Shown in pieces: positions 54,427 through 64,000 of a DNA stretch of 64,000 bases (its first letter is position 1; the number at the start of each line of letters is the position of its first letter). This DNA comes from Lachnospiraceae bacterium (GTDB taxonomy: Bacteria > Bacillota > Clostridia > Lachnospirales > Lachnospiraceae). The notes under the pieces are model-generated. The model made no database searches, was not told the DNA's origin, and saw nothing but the letters and a program-made list of their open reading frames with translations. Made by a program: the position numbers and the translations under genes. The DNA is taken from positions 75,179-139,178 of the forward strand of contig CAVDTR010000002.1 in assembly GCA_963612015.1 (NCBI GenBank). Direction: 5' to 3'.

Positions 54427-54592
54427 TGCATTGAGATGGACGTTGTTGAGACAGGTGGCATTGGAATCATGCAGCATTGGAGCAGTTCCCATTAGGATGG
54501 GCAGCATTAAGACAAGTGGCTTTTGAACAGACGGCATATGGTCAATTCGTATTGGAATGGGTGGCGTTAAGGCAAGCGGCACTGGGATAGGC
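54427..54592. repeat. degenerate 15-bp tandem repeat (11 units) with 60-bp higher-order period
   Basis: Units such as AGCATTAAGACAAGT / GGCGTTAAGGCAAGC and CCCATTAGGATGGGC / CGTATTGGAATGGGT recur every fourth unit. Confidence 0.75.
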
Positions 54593-54651
54593 ACCTTATT
54601 GGTTGACAACTCGCAAACTCGTTGCATCTCCTTGCGCATCTGCACGGAGCG

Positions 54652-54732
54652 CAAGTGCATTTTCATCTCACATAAATCACATTCTTCTGAAACATTTTGT
54701 CTTATGGAATCAAGAGCCCCTATAAAGTAAAA
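54652..54732. repeat. dispersed terminator-adjacent element, copy 4 (long, degenerate)
   Basis: CAAGTGCAT-TTCA-CTC...CATTTT...CTATAAAGTAAAA, colinear with 50174-50257. Confidence 0.7.
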
Positions 54733-54808
54733 AAGTCCCGCAATACACCAAATTTCAAACGTTAAACTGAAACAGTCTAACGATTGTAGCTCTGTGTATT
54801 GCGGGGCT
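54729..54808 (-). terminator. long-loop terminator after sufB-like gene
   Basis: AGTCCCGCAATACAC/GTGTATTGCGGGGCT stem plus T-run. Confidence 0.65.
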
Positions 54809-54833
54809 AAAATATAATCTTTTCTTCTTCGTA

Positions 54834-55751
54834 TTATCTTAAAAATCCCTGTACGATCTTCTCCTCTGCCTCTGCTTCGGATAAGCCTAACGTCATGAGC
54901 TTCATAAGCTGCTCACCGGCGATTTTTCCGATCGCGGCTTCGTGTACCAGAGAAGCATCCACATTCGCGGCGTTTAACTGCGGGATGGCAAGGATCTTTG
55001 CCTCATCCATGATGATCGAATCGCATTCTGCGTGTCCTGTACATGCGCAGTTGCCGTTGATGCCGAGGCGGATTTCCTGTGTGCTGTGTTCTTTTGCCAC
55101 GCCTCTACTTATGATGTCACAGCTACTGTCTGCGCCATCCATATCCACCATGATCTCTGCGACCGCCTTCTGATCGCCGGTCGTAAGAATTTTGTCGTGG
55201 ATTGTAAGTGTTGCATTTGCGGAAAGCTTTGCGCCGGTCGTGCGCACTGTGTCATCTACGCCTGCGATCTGGGATGTCTCAAGCTCCATCGTGGAGTTTT
55301 CGCCAAGCTCGATCCTCGTTTCCGGGTTCATGATGCGTTTTCCGGTGCCATCGCCCTCGCCGTAGTGCTTCTCCACATAGTGGACTTTGCAATTTTTGCC
55401 AACATAAAATGTATGGACTCCATCGTGGCGGCTTGTCTGGTCGCCGCAGTTGTGAATACCGCAGCCTGCGATGATCGTTACATCACTGTCATCCCCGACG
55501 AAAAAGTCATTGTATACACATTCAGTCAATCCTGTCTGGCTGATGATTACCGGAATATGGACGCTTTCCTTTTTCGTTCCGGGCTTGATGATAATGTCGA
55601 TACCCGGCTTGTCCTGCTTCGTTACAATATCAATGTTTGCAGAGGTATTGCGTGCCACGCTTTTTCCATCACTTCGTATATTATACGCGCCCACTGGGAG
55701 CGCATCCAGCTCTGCTACTTCGTGCAGCAGATTTTTCTCGATCTCGTTCAT
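54834..55751 (-). CDS. SufB/SufD-family Fe-S scaffold (minimal SMS type)
   Basis: Beta-helix core, GHAECDSII, P.L...A.LVHEAAIGKI, LMTLGLSE.EAE. Confidence 0.88.
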   Translation of the reverse strand: MNEIEKNLLHEVAELDALPVGAYNIRSDGKSVARNTSANIDIVTKQDKPGIDIIIKPGTKKESVHIPVIISQTGLTECVYNDFFVGDDSDVTIIAGCGIHNCGDQTSRHDGVHTFYVGKNCKVHYVEKHYGEGDGTGKRIMNPETRIELGENSTMELETSQIAGVDDTVRTTGAKLSANATLTIHDKILTTGDQKAVAEIMVDMDGADSSCDIISRGVAKEHSTQEIRLGINGNCACTGHAECDSIIMDEAKILAIPQLNAANVDASLVHEAAIGKIAGEQLMKLMTLGLSEAEAEEKIVQGFLR

Positions 55752-55774
55752 GTATTCCTCCAAATTGATATGCG

Positions 55775-56452
55775 CTATTTCTGTGCCTGCAGATCTGCGA
55801 TGATCCGCTCGCTCTCCGCATCGTCCACAATTTTTCCGTTTTTCAAATAAATGATCTTGTCGGCAATCGCAAGGATACGTTCCTGATGGCTTATGATAAC
55901 AATTCCGCCGGAAGTCTCCTGCTGCATTTTTTCAAACAAGCGGGTCAGACTCTGGAAACTCCACAGATCGATTCCCGCCTCCGGCTCATCAAAAACCGAA
56001 AGCTGCGCCCGGCGCAAAACTGTCATTGCAATCTCAATTCGCTTCATCTCTCCGCCAGATAACGTATCGTTCAGTTCTCTACCCAGATACTCCTCCGGGC
56101 TGAGCCCTACTTCACGCAGGATTTCGTAAATATCATTCTTGTCTTGGCTTTCGTTGGCGATCTCCAAAAGATCCCTTACGCGAAGTCCCTTAAAGCGCAC
56201 CGGCTGCTGGAATGCATAGCTGATCCCTTTCTTGGCGCGCTCGTTGACGGAAAGTTCCGTAATATCTTCATCGTTAAAATAGATTTTTCCGCTGGTAGGT
56301 TTTATCAGTCCCATAATGATCTTTGCAAGCGTGGACTTCCCGCTTCCGTTCGGTCCGGTCACTGCAATAAAACGATCGTCAAATTCCACATTGACGTCGT
56401 CCAAAATCACTTTATCATCAACTTTATATCCTATGTGCTCTAATCTCATCAT
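55775..56452 (-). CDS. SufC-like ABC ATPase
   Basis: GPNGSGKST, LSGGEMKRIE, FDEPEAGID, SHQ. Confidence 0.88.
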   Translation of the reverse strand: MMRLEHIGYKVDDKVILDDVNVEFDDRFIAVTGPNGSGKSTLAKIIMGLIKPTSGKIYFNDEDITELSVNERAKKGISYAFQQPVRFKGLRVRDLLEIANESQDKNDIYEILREVGLSPEEYLGRELNDTLSGGEMKRIEIAMTVLRRAQLSVFDEPEAGIDLWSFQSLTRLFEKMQQETSGGIVIISHQERILAIADKIIYLKNGKIVDDAESERIIADLQAQK

Positions 56453-56651
56453 AATATGATAGCCTCCAAATTTCGCGGTGATATCATCATACTATCAAAT
56501 TCCCCACAATTCAAATGATAACTTAAAAAAGTACAATCTTTTGCGCACGTTTGCTACTGCTCACTCGTCCATCGTTTCAGCAACTAGTTTTTTCATTTTC
56601 TTTCTCTTTTCATTCACTTACAGACTTTTGCGTTAATATATTAAAATAAAA

Positions 56652-57146
56652 ATGGTAAAAATGAATCAATATCTAAGTCCTTATGTTTCCGTTTTTGCAC
56701 GCCCAAAACCAAGTGCGATCGCCAATATCCGCGGCAATTCCGAGAATCCGCTCCTGAAAGGGGGCGCCTCCTTTTACAGTATTCCCACAGGCGGAATTTT
56801 AATTCAGGTTGAGGTGTTCCGCCTGCCGGATCAGCAGTTTCCGGATTGCTCCGGATTTTTCGGTATGCACATCCATGAAAACGGAGACTGCACATTGCCT
56901 TTCGACAAAACCGTTCTCCACTACAATCCGACCAGTCAGGAGCACCCAAGCCACGCGGGCGATCTGCCACCGCTCTTGGCAAAAGATGGTTATACATGGA
57001 TGGCTTTTTACGATGGGCGTCTAGCGCTTGCCGACGTTCTTGGTCGATCGCTGGTCATCCACGATATGCGCGATGATTTTACAACGCAGCCTGCCGGTAG
57101 CTCCGGGGAAAAGATTGGCTGCGGGGTTATTGAGGTTGTAACGTAA
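56652..57146 (+). CDS. Cu/Zn superoxide dismutase family protein
   Basis: GMHIHE, HYNP, HPSHAGDLP, SLVIH..DD, IGCGVI. No signal peptide. Confidence 0.88.
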   Translation: MVKMNQYLSPYVSVFARPKPSAIANIRGNSENPLLKGGASFYSIPTGGILIQVEVFRLPDQQFPDCSGFFGMHIHENGDCTLPFDKTVLHYNPTSQEHPSHAGDLPPLLAKDGYTWMAFYDGRLALADVLGRSLVIHDMRDDFTTQPAGSSGEKIGCGVIEVVT

Positions 57147-57149
57147 AAG

Positions 57150-57171
57150 AATGAGGGCAGATGCCCTCATT
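57150..57171. terminator. hairpin between convergent genes
   Basis: AATGAGGGCA/TGCCCTCATT. Confidence 0.6.
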
Positions 57172-57175
57172 CCAC

Positions 57176-57601
57176 TCACCAAGATTTTATTTCCACCGAA
57201 AGTTTCAGATCCTCGCAGTCATACCCGACAACCTTCAATTTGTTGTAGCCGTCTTTCATGTCAACCGAGTAGGATGTCAGATCTTCTACCTCCGAATCCG
57301 GTGTACATTCAACGATCGTGGTCACATTACCGTCCTCATCCACATGCACCAGCTTCGCCTTTCCGGCAGCCAGCGTAAAGGAAAGCTTGATCCTGACCTC
57401 CTGATCCTCGTCGTAATCTGCTGACCACACGCATTGTCTCCCATCAAACTTTCCGACAGTAAGTGTAACACTATTATCGTAGGTGTTCATCACCGACATA
57501 CTCTTCGTGTAGCGATCGGTGTTCTGCGCGATCAGCTCATCTGAATCGTACTGCTCCTTGGCAAATTCGTTGCTGCAGCCCATTAACAAAGCTCCTATCA
57601 A
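57176..57601 (-). pseudogene. 5'-truncated lipoprotein of unknown function
   Basis: Starts inside a signal peptide (LIGALLMGC). No N-region or RBS before 57601, and the toxin-gene hairpin abuts it. Confidence 0.55.
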
Positions 57602-57647
57602 CAGGATTAAAGTATCAGGTAAATATGAATGACCTGATGCTTTAATT

Positions 57648-57947
57648 TTATCTGAATATTTGCGTAATATCCTGATACCGGTTCACAACCCGGTATATCT
57701 CCACAAACTCTTTCCCAATCTTATACAGCACCACATAATTTCCGTAAATCACATACTTATAATCCGTCCGGAAGCTGACCCTCTTAGCAAGATCAGCTCC
57801 CATATACGGAAATTGCTGTATATCTTCAAATCGGGCATATATCTCCTGAATAGTCTTTACTGCCATTTCTTCATTGTCTTCTGCAATGTACTCTTTGATG
57901 TTTGTTAAATCTTGTGCAACAATAGGGTTGATTCGCAATTTCATCAT
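57648..57947 (-). CDS. type II toxin, RelE/ParE family
   Basis: A.QDL..I.EYIA.DN, FPYMG, Y.V.Y, VEIYRVV..RYQD. Confidence 0.9.
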   Translation of the reverse strand: MMKLRINPIVAQDLTNIKEYIAEDNEEMAVKTIQEIYARFEDIQQFPYMGADLAKRVSFRTDYKYVIYGNYVVLYKIGKEFVEIYRVVNRYQDITQIFR

Positions 57948-57950
57948 GCT

Positions 57951-58199
57951 TTATACCCCTACCGATTTCTTGAGTTCATCCAAGCTCATCCAAGCGTTTT
58001 CATCCCTTACCGCTTCTTCCGCCTCCTGCAACTTTAAAAGAAGTTTCTTCTCAGCCTTTTCACGCTCGTAGTCCTCAATATCCATTACCACAAACTTTCC
58101 TCTTCCATTTTTAGTCAGAAACACCGGCTCACCAACTTGGCAATTTTTCAATACTTCATTATAATTTCTTAAATCAGATACAGGTAATATATTCGGCAT
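57951..58199 (-). CDS. type II antitoxin, Phd/YefM family
   Basis: ILPVSDLRNY, PVFLTKNGRG..VVMDIEDYE. Confidence 0.92.
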   Translation of the reverse strand: MPNILPVSDLRNYNEVLKNCQVGEPVFLTKNGRGKFVVMDIEDYEREKAEKKLLLKLQEAEEAVRDENAWMSLDELKKSVGV

Positions 58200-58245
58200 C
58201 AAATCAACTTCCCTTCTTAAAAATGTTTGCTTTTCCTTATATATT

Positions 58246-58291
58246 ATTATACAAAATAAGCTGTAAAATTCAACGAAGAATTTTACAGCTT
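58246..58291 (-). promoter_or_regulatory. TA promoter with 14-bp-arm palindrome (autoregulatory operator and/or terminator)
   Basis: AAGCTGTAAAATTC-N6-GAATTTTACAGCTT (58258-58291) overlapping TTGAAT-16-TATAAT. Confidence 0.65.
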
Positions 58292-58300
58292 GTAAAGTCT

Positions 58301-59389
58301 TTACGCAAATTGCTTTTTCTTATAAAACAATGCTCCCTTCAACAAACATATTATAGCGAAGCATAAATTTATTCCAAGTACAAGTCCCCATATACTATAT
58401 ATGTCATTTACCATTTCCGGCATGATCATAAATACCGGCATAGAATTAACGATAAGAGCCATAAATCCACCAAAAAACATCCTTATCAAAACCGGCAGTC
58501 CCCAACATACAGCTGCAATAATTACAGCACCAGAACAATTATTTTGGTACGCCGAAACACATAATGTAACTGCACATAGCGATAACATAGCCTCAAATCC
58601 GAATCCCAATAAAACAGTCAGATATTTTGAAAACAACACCGACTGTATTTGTATTCTGGATACCGATAACACAATCCATGATATATTATCAGCCCCTTTC
58701 AGACCATATACCATATAGCATGAAGCCAGATCTAGCAGTACAATCCATAAGAAAATAGATATCGTGAATGTAAAAGCAGCTAAAATCTTAGCGGGAACAT
58801 CCTTTTTTCTCCCCTCCTCTGTGCTAAAAAGTAATGGAAGCATTCTTGTCTGACTCTCCTCTGCAAAAACAGCCGATACTGCACAGATGATCAATATGCT
58901 TCCCAGAATCAGCCCAAACTGAAGCATTTCAACAAATACCTTCCAGCCCGTCGTATATGCCAGATAAGGCATCTTTCCAGCCTTTTCACAGGCTTTTCCA
59001 AGCTCTGTTTCATCAAGTGAATATCTCTCCGTTGGATAAATGCCATTCTCCCATGCTCCGTCAGAAAAAAATCTTGTCACGAAATCATTTAAGAAGTTTC
59101 CATCTCTCCAACCGGGCATATTCTCCTCAAGCTTGGAAGGCAAGCCGTATTTTTCAATGATCTGATCCACTTTTTCGTCTGTCAGAATGCCTTCAAACTC
59201 CTCTGTTATCTTCCGGTTCATCTGCACCGCCTCATAGCCGGAGTAAAACACTCCATCTACCGTCGCTATTTCCGCACTCACCTCTACGAGTCCAAAATAC
59301 AAAAGAAGTAATCCTGTCGCAGCTATTATTCCTATTCTAAATATCTTATTTTGATATATTTTATATAGTTCTGTTCTGTAAAGTCGCAT
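58301..59389 (-). CDS. ABC-2 type permease (antimicrobial-peptide efflux type)
   Basis: ELYKI N-terminal motif, extracellular loop, VFAEE...LL.ST..GR, six TM segments. Confidence 0.8.
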   Translation of the reverse strand: MRLYRTELYKIYQNKIFRIGIIAATGLLLLYFGLVEVSAEIATVDGVFYSGYEAVQMNRKITEEFEGILTDEKVDQIIEKYGLPSKLEENMPGWRDGNFLNDFVTRFFSDGAWENGIYPTERYSLDETELGKACEKAGKMPYLAYTTGWKVFVEMLQFGLILGSILIICAVSAVFAEESQTRMLPLLFSTEEGRKKDVPAKILAAFTFTISIFLWIVLLDLASCYMVYGLKGADNISWIVLSVSRIQIQSVLFSKYLTVLLGFGFEAMLSLCAVTLCVSAYQNNCSGAVIIAAVCWGLPVLIRMFFGGFMALIVNSMPVFMIMPEMVNDIYSIWGLVLGINLCFAIICLLKGALFYKKKQFA

Positions 59390-60266
59390 TTTTGTTTTCC
59401 CCTGCTATCTGTGTATGATAAAGATATGCATCTTCGAGTGTCCCCGCCAAATACTCCGCATCTGCTGTCGGCGGTGTTTCTGAAACGATTCTCAGTTCAA
59501 CATTTTCACCACTGCTTCTTATGTTGCTCACAATAAACTTGCTGTTCAAACGCTCTGCCTCCTTTTCAGAAACAGTGCATTTCCAGACATATTTCTCCAC
59601 TTTGTCAGTAAGATCTTTCTCAGTTCCCTCCTGAATGATCTCACCTTTTTTCATAATCAGAATGCGGTCTGCAATATAATCTATATCCGATACAATATGC
59701 GTCGACAACAATACAATCCTGTTCTTTCCGAAGGAACTGATCACATTCCGAAAACGTACCCGCTCCTTTGGATCAAGCCCTGCGGTTGGTTCATCCAAAA
59801 CCAGAATTTCAGGATTATTTAAAAGTGCCTGTGCAATCCCCACTCTCCGTATCATGCCCCCGGAAAATGTCTTCAACTTTTTCCTTCTTACCTCTCCAAG
59901 CTCAACCATATCTAAAAGCTCATCAATACGGCTATCAGCATATTCCTCCGGCAGTGCCTTTAAAGCTGCCATATACCGCAGAAAACGTTCCGCGGAAAAA
60001 TCGCCATAGTATCCAAAATCCTGAGGCAGATATCCCAATAACCTCCGGTACTCTGCACCCATGTCTGCAATCTCAATATTATCACAATAGATATTTCCCC
60101 CCGTCGGCTGTAAAACGCCACAGATCAATCTCATCAATGTTGTTTTGCCCGCGCCGTTTTCCCCCAATAAGCCATACACACCATTGGAAAAAGTATAATC
60201 AATTTTTTGCACAGCGATTTTATCTTTGTATCTTTTCTGGACATCCACCAGTCTTAACTCATGCAT
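59361..60266 (-). CDS. ABC transporter ATP-binding protein
   Basis: GENGAGKTT, FSGGM, LDEPTAGLD, STH. Confidence 0.95.
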   Translation of the reverse strand: MHELRLVDVQKRYKDKIAVQKIDYTFSNGVYGLLGENGAGKTTLMRLICGVLQPTGGNIYCDNIEIADMGAEYRRLLGYLPQDFGYYGDFSAERFLRYMAALKALPEEYADSRIDELLDMVELGEVRRKKLKTFSGGMIRRVGIAQALLNNPEILVLDEPTAGLDPKERVRFRNVISSFGKNRIVLLSTHIVSDIDYIADRILIMKKGEIIQEGTEKDLTDKVEKYVWKCTVSEKEAERLNSKFIVSNIRSSGENVELRIVSETPPTADAEYLAGTLEDAYLYHTQIAGENKNATLQNRTI

Positions 60267-61018
60267 AATACGTCTCCTTTTTCCATCTTGTTAAGTAATT
60301 TTTTCATCTGTACTGCAAATAAAAATACCGAAAGAAAGAACGTTGCCACCCACACTCCAATGGCAGTTGTCAAGAATACTCCGGAAGTTGATCCCACTAT
60401 TGCAAAGCCTATTGGCAAAAAAAGTACACTCGTTCCAAATAAAGCGGATCGCTTTCCCCTATTTTCTATTGACAATATTCTTAATGCTATTACGTTTGAT
60501 ACCTGATACGGAGTCAGAATATACAACACTACTTGTAATAATCCAAGTTTCCAGCAATAATTCAAATATCCAGCTCCACTGATCAGCACCACCGCATTTA
60601 TCATTCCCGACAATACCAGCCATGCCGCGACGCACTGTTTCGTATTGAAATAGCAGCTTTCTCCAAGTTCTCCCATACCGCCAAAAAACAATTTATCGAT
60701 CGTGCAAATAGACATTATGCTAAGAAGCGCAGCTCCAGCCATACATATCTTAATCATTTCATTTTGGTTTACACCGGTATAATGTAAAACGGAGATAAAA
60801 ATGATTCCTAGACAGATAACAGCTCCATAGATTGCAAAAAAAACCTTGTCCATATACAAAATCTGATGATAAAGAATACCTCTCACCGACATCACAGGTG
60901 ATTTTTGTTTCTTCAGTTCCTTTATCATCTCATGACAGGTCTTTTGCTTTTGGTTTTCATCAATGTATACCTGCCTCTCCGCTTCCATAAATAATTTTTT
61001 TATTTCACTCTTTCTCAT
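60254..61018 (-). CDS. multi-TM membrane protein (putative anti-sigma/permease partner)
   Basis: Soluble N-terminus plus about six TM segments, translationally coupled to the ECF sigma gene. Confidence 0.6.
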   Translation of the reverse strand: MRKSEIKKLFMEAERQVYIDENQKQKTCHEMIKELKKQKSPVMSVRGILYHQILYMDKVFFAIYGAVICLGIIFISVLHYTGVNQNEMIKICMAGAALLSIMSICTIDKLFFGGMGELGESCYFNTKQCVAAWLVLSGMINAVVLISGAGYLNYCWKLGLLQVVLYILTPYQVSNVIALRILSIENRGKRSALFGTSVLFLPIGFAIVGSTSGVFLTTAIGVWVATFFLSVFLFAVQMKKLLNKMEKGDVLCMS

Positions 61019-61532
61019 TCTCAATCATCCCCCTTAACTGGCTGATGCCAATCCGAAACCTTGACTTTGTGGTAGAAACACTACATCCCATGACTTTTGC
61101 GATATCCTTAAATTTCATTTCTTCATAGATGCGCAGGATCACAACTTCCCTAATCTCTTGCGAAAGTTCCTTTAATAGCTTCTTCAAATAGGCAGCATTC
61201 TCTGCCTCGACAATTTTATCTTCATGATCCGGCTTTTTATCAATTTCCTCCCACTCAACTGCCATCGGTTTTTCTTTCTTATCCCGAAAATAGTTAAAGC
61301 AGATATTCCTCGCGATCGTCAGAAGATATCCTTTGAGATTCTTATGTTTGTAGGATGTTCCATATCTCATGAATTTTAAAAAGGTCTCCTGCGTAATGTC
61401 ATAGGCATCTTCTTCCGTTTGAACCATGTATAAACAGAAACGATAAATATCTGCATAATACTGTTCAATAATGACGCTTACTGCCTCTTTACTTCCGCTA
61501 TGTAATTTTTCTATTAGCTCACGCTCTTTCAT
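61005..61532 (-). CDS. ECF RNA polymerase sigma factor
   Basis: DAYDITQETFLK, YLLTIARN, region 4 FKDIAKVMG.SVSTTKSR. Confidence 0.93.
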   Translation of the reverse strand: MKERELIEKLHSGSKEAVSVIIEQYYADIYRFCLYMVQTEEDAYDITQETFLKFMRYGTSYKHKNLKGYLLTIARNICFNYFRDKKEKPMAVEWEEIDKKPDHEDKIVEAENAAYLKKLLKELSQEIREVVILRIYEEMKFKDIAKVMGCSVSTTKSRFRIGISQLRGMIENEKE

Positions 61533-61627
61533 ATAGCGTTTTCTCCAATCGTAAAACGTTTCACATCATATATAACCACAATCCGGTGAAAAAAGATCAG
61601 TATATATAAAAATTTTTTCTGTGGGGT

Positions 61628-61669
61628 ATTTTTGCTTTATAGAAATAGAATTTTCCTATGAAACGAAAA
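61628..61669. repeat. dispersed terminator-adjacent element, copy 5
   Basis: ATTTTTGCTTTATAGAAATAGAATTTTCCTAT, 29/32 identical to 50217-50248. Confidence 0.8.
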
Positions 61670-61718
61670 AGTCCCATAAACAGTGATCAGATATACAACC
61701 TGATTTGTTTATGGGACT
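61666..61718 (-). terminator. terminator after gdhA
   Basis: AGTCCCATAAACA/TGTTTATGGGACT stem plus T-run. Confidence 0.85.
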
Positions 61719-61758
61719 CCTTAATTACATTTTATACCCTTTGAAAAGTATCCAACTT

Positions 61759-63129
<1,371 letters not shown>

Positions 63130-63398
63130 TTAGTATACATTAACACCAATATTGTATAGGTAAAAAGCTAAGATTGCAAGAGAATTTTGCAGGTTTCCTT
63201 AACTTATCTTGCAAAAAAATAAAGAAAAACAAGTTTTTCGCATTATTTTTGTTTGTTTTGAATTTTTTTCATTTTCACGTTTCACTTTATTTATTTAGGT
63301 ATCAGTTTAATTTTATAAAGTATTGTTGTGTTTTCTGATATTTTTTATTCTTGACGTTTCCATACAAAAGTATTATTCTATCAAGCGACAATATTAAA

Positions 63399-63490
63399 TG
63401 ATGATGCTAGGGGTGCCTATGGCTGAGATAATCCTTTGATTGACCCTCATTACTTGAACCGGTTAGTACCGGCGTAAGGAAGCTTTCATG
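63399..63490 (+). ncRNA. TPP riboswitch
   Basis: CTAGGGGTGCC..GGCTGAGA...ACCC...CTTGA.CCGGTTAGTACCGGCGTAAGGAAG follows the THI-box consensus. Promoter TTGACG-17-TATTCT at 63351-63379. Confidence 0.93.
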
Positions 63491-63506
63491 ATGAATCGAA
63501 ATCAGA

Positions 63507-63541
63507 AATTCCTCCTAGCATTGTGCAAAGGAGGATTTTTT
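63507..63541 (+). terminator. TPP expression-platform hairpin (terminator containing the RBS)
   Basis: TTCCTCCT/AGGAGGA stem plus T-run ending at the ATG. Confidence 0.7.
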
Positions 63542-64000
63542 ATGAAAAAAACATTAAACACCAAGATCCTGGTAGAGGGCGCAATGCTGATTGCACTGGC
63601 GACAATCCTGTCCTACTTCAAATTCTATGAAATGCCGTTCGGCGGTTCCATCACACTTGAAATGCTGCCACTCGTAATCATGGGACTGCGCAACGGAACC
63701 AAGTGGGGCTGCTTTACCGGATTCGTACACGGACTTCTGCAGATGATCATCGGTTTTTCCAATGTTATGTACTGCGCGACTTTGCTTGCACAGATCGGCT
63801 GCATCCTGCTTGACTATCTGCTTGCCTTTAGCGTGCTCGGACTTGCTCCGCTGTTTGCCGGCTTATTCAAAAAGAACAAGAGGGTTGGCTTCATCGTTGG
63901 TTCTGTCATCGTCGGATTTTTAAGATTCGTATGCAGCTTCTTATCCGGATGGCTTCTGTGGGGAAGCTACGCACCGGAAGGAATGAGCGCTGTACATTAC
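63542..64000 (+). CDS. thiT: ECF thiamine transporter S component (3' end runs off the window)
   Basis: Manual translation MKKTLNTKILVEGAMLIALATILS...MPFGGSIT...LLDYLLAF...LRF..SFLSG..WGSYAP. Downstream of the TPP riboswitch. Confidence 0.9.
   Translation, partial: MKKTLNTKILVEGAMLIALATILSYFKFYEMPFGGSITLEMLPLVIMGLRNGTKWGCFTGFVHGLLQMIIGFSNVMYCATLLAQIGCILLDYLLAFSVLGLAPLFAGLFKKNKRVGFIVGSVIVGFLRFVCSFLSGWLLWGSYAPEGMSAVHY

Larger units (their letters stand above)
57606..61620 (-). mobile_element. AT-richer accessory island (TA pair plus ECF sigma/anti-sigma/ABC module), no integrase seen
   Basis: Visible shift to A/T-ending codons, a TA module, a truncated gene at the left border and a dispersed element copy at the right border. 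Boundaries are approximate. Confidence 0.5.

Noticed and set aside
54271..54666. 131-aa ORF as a real protein
   Set aside because: It runs across the degenerate repeat, operator and promoter, changes repeat register midway, and has no clear RBS.

Overview
64-kb chromosomal window from a Lachnospiraceae-like (Roseburia-type, inferred from gene order and protein signatures) Clostridia genome, with most genes on the minus strand. 1-20 kb is housekeeping: OmpR/HK two-component pair, metK under a SAM-I riboswitch, HD-GYP, murA, aroK, PrsA-like, mfd, pth, spoVG, glgD/glgC, murC, DnaD-DnaC-like loader pair and prs. 20.4-36.7 kb is the complete S10-spc-alpha ribosomal cluster. 37-64 kb is more variable: an O-acetylation module (MBOAT/DHHW/DUF4358), trpS, DHH, CapA, a LacI-controlled sugar ABC, ltaE, DUF2975-YozG-DUF4173, a minimal SufBC pair, Cu/Zn SOD, an AT-richer ECF/ABC/toxin-antitoxin island, gdhA and TPP riboswitch-thiT. 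I saw no rRNA, tRNA, CRISPR array or intact transposase. The most unexplained signals are non-coding: (1) a dispersed palindromic element (core TTTTACTTTATAGGAAAA-N3-TTTTCCTATAAAGTAAAA) present at 5 sites, each fused to the T-tail of a terminator-like hairpin; (2) a 62-63-bp-period array of five GCATCG...CGATGC inverted-repeat units in the probable leader of the DUF2975 operon, next to a 15/60-bp hierarchical repeat; (3) a DnaA-box cluster upstream of the dnaD-dnaC-like operon; (4) a tandem motif between rpoA and rplQ that may be an L17 leader. All alignments were done by eye and no database searches were run.
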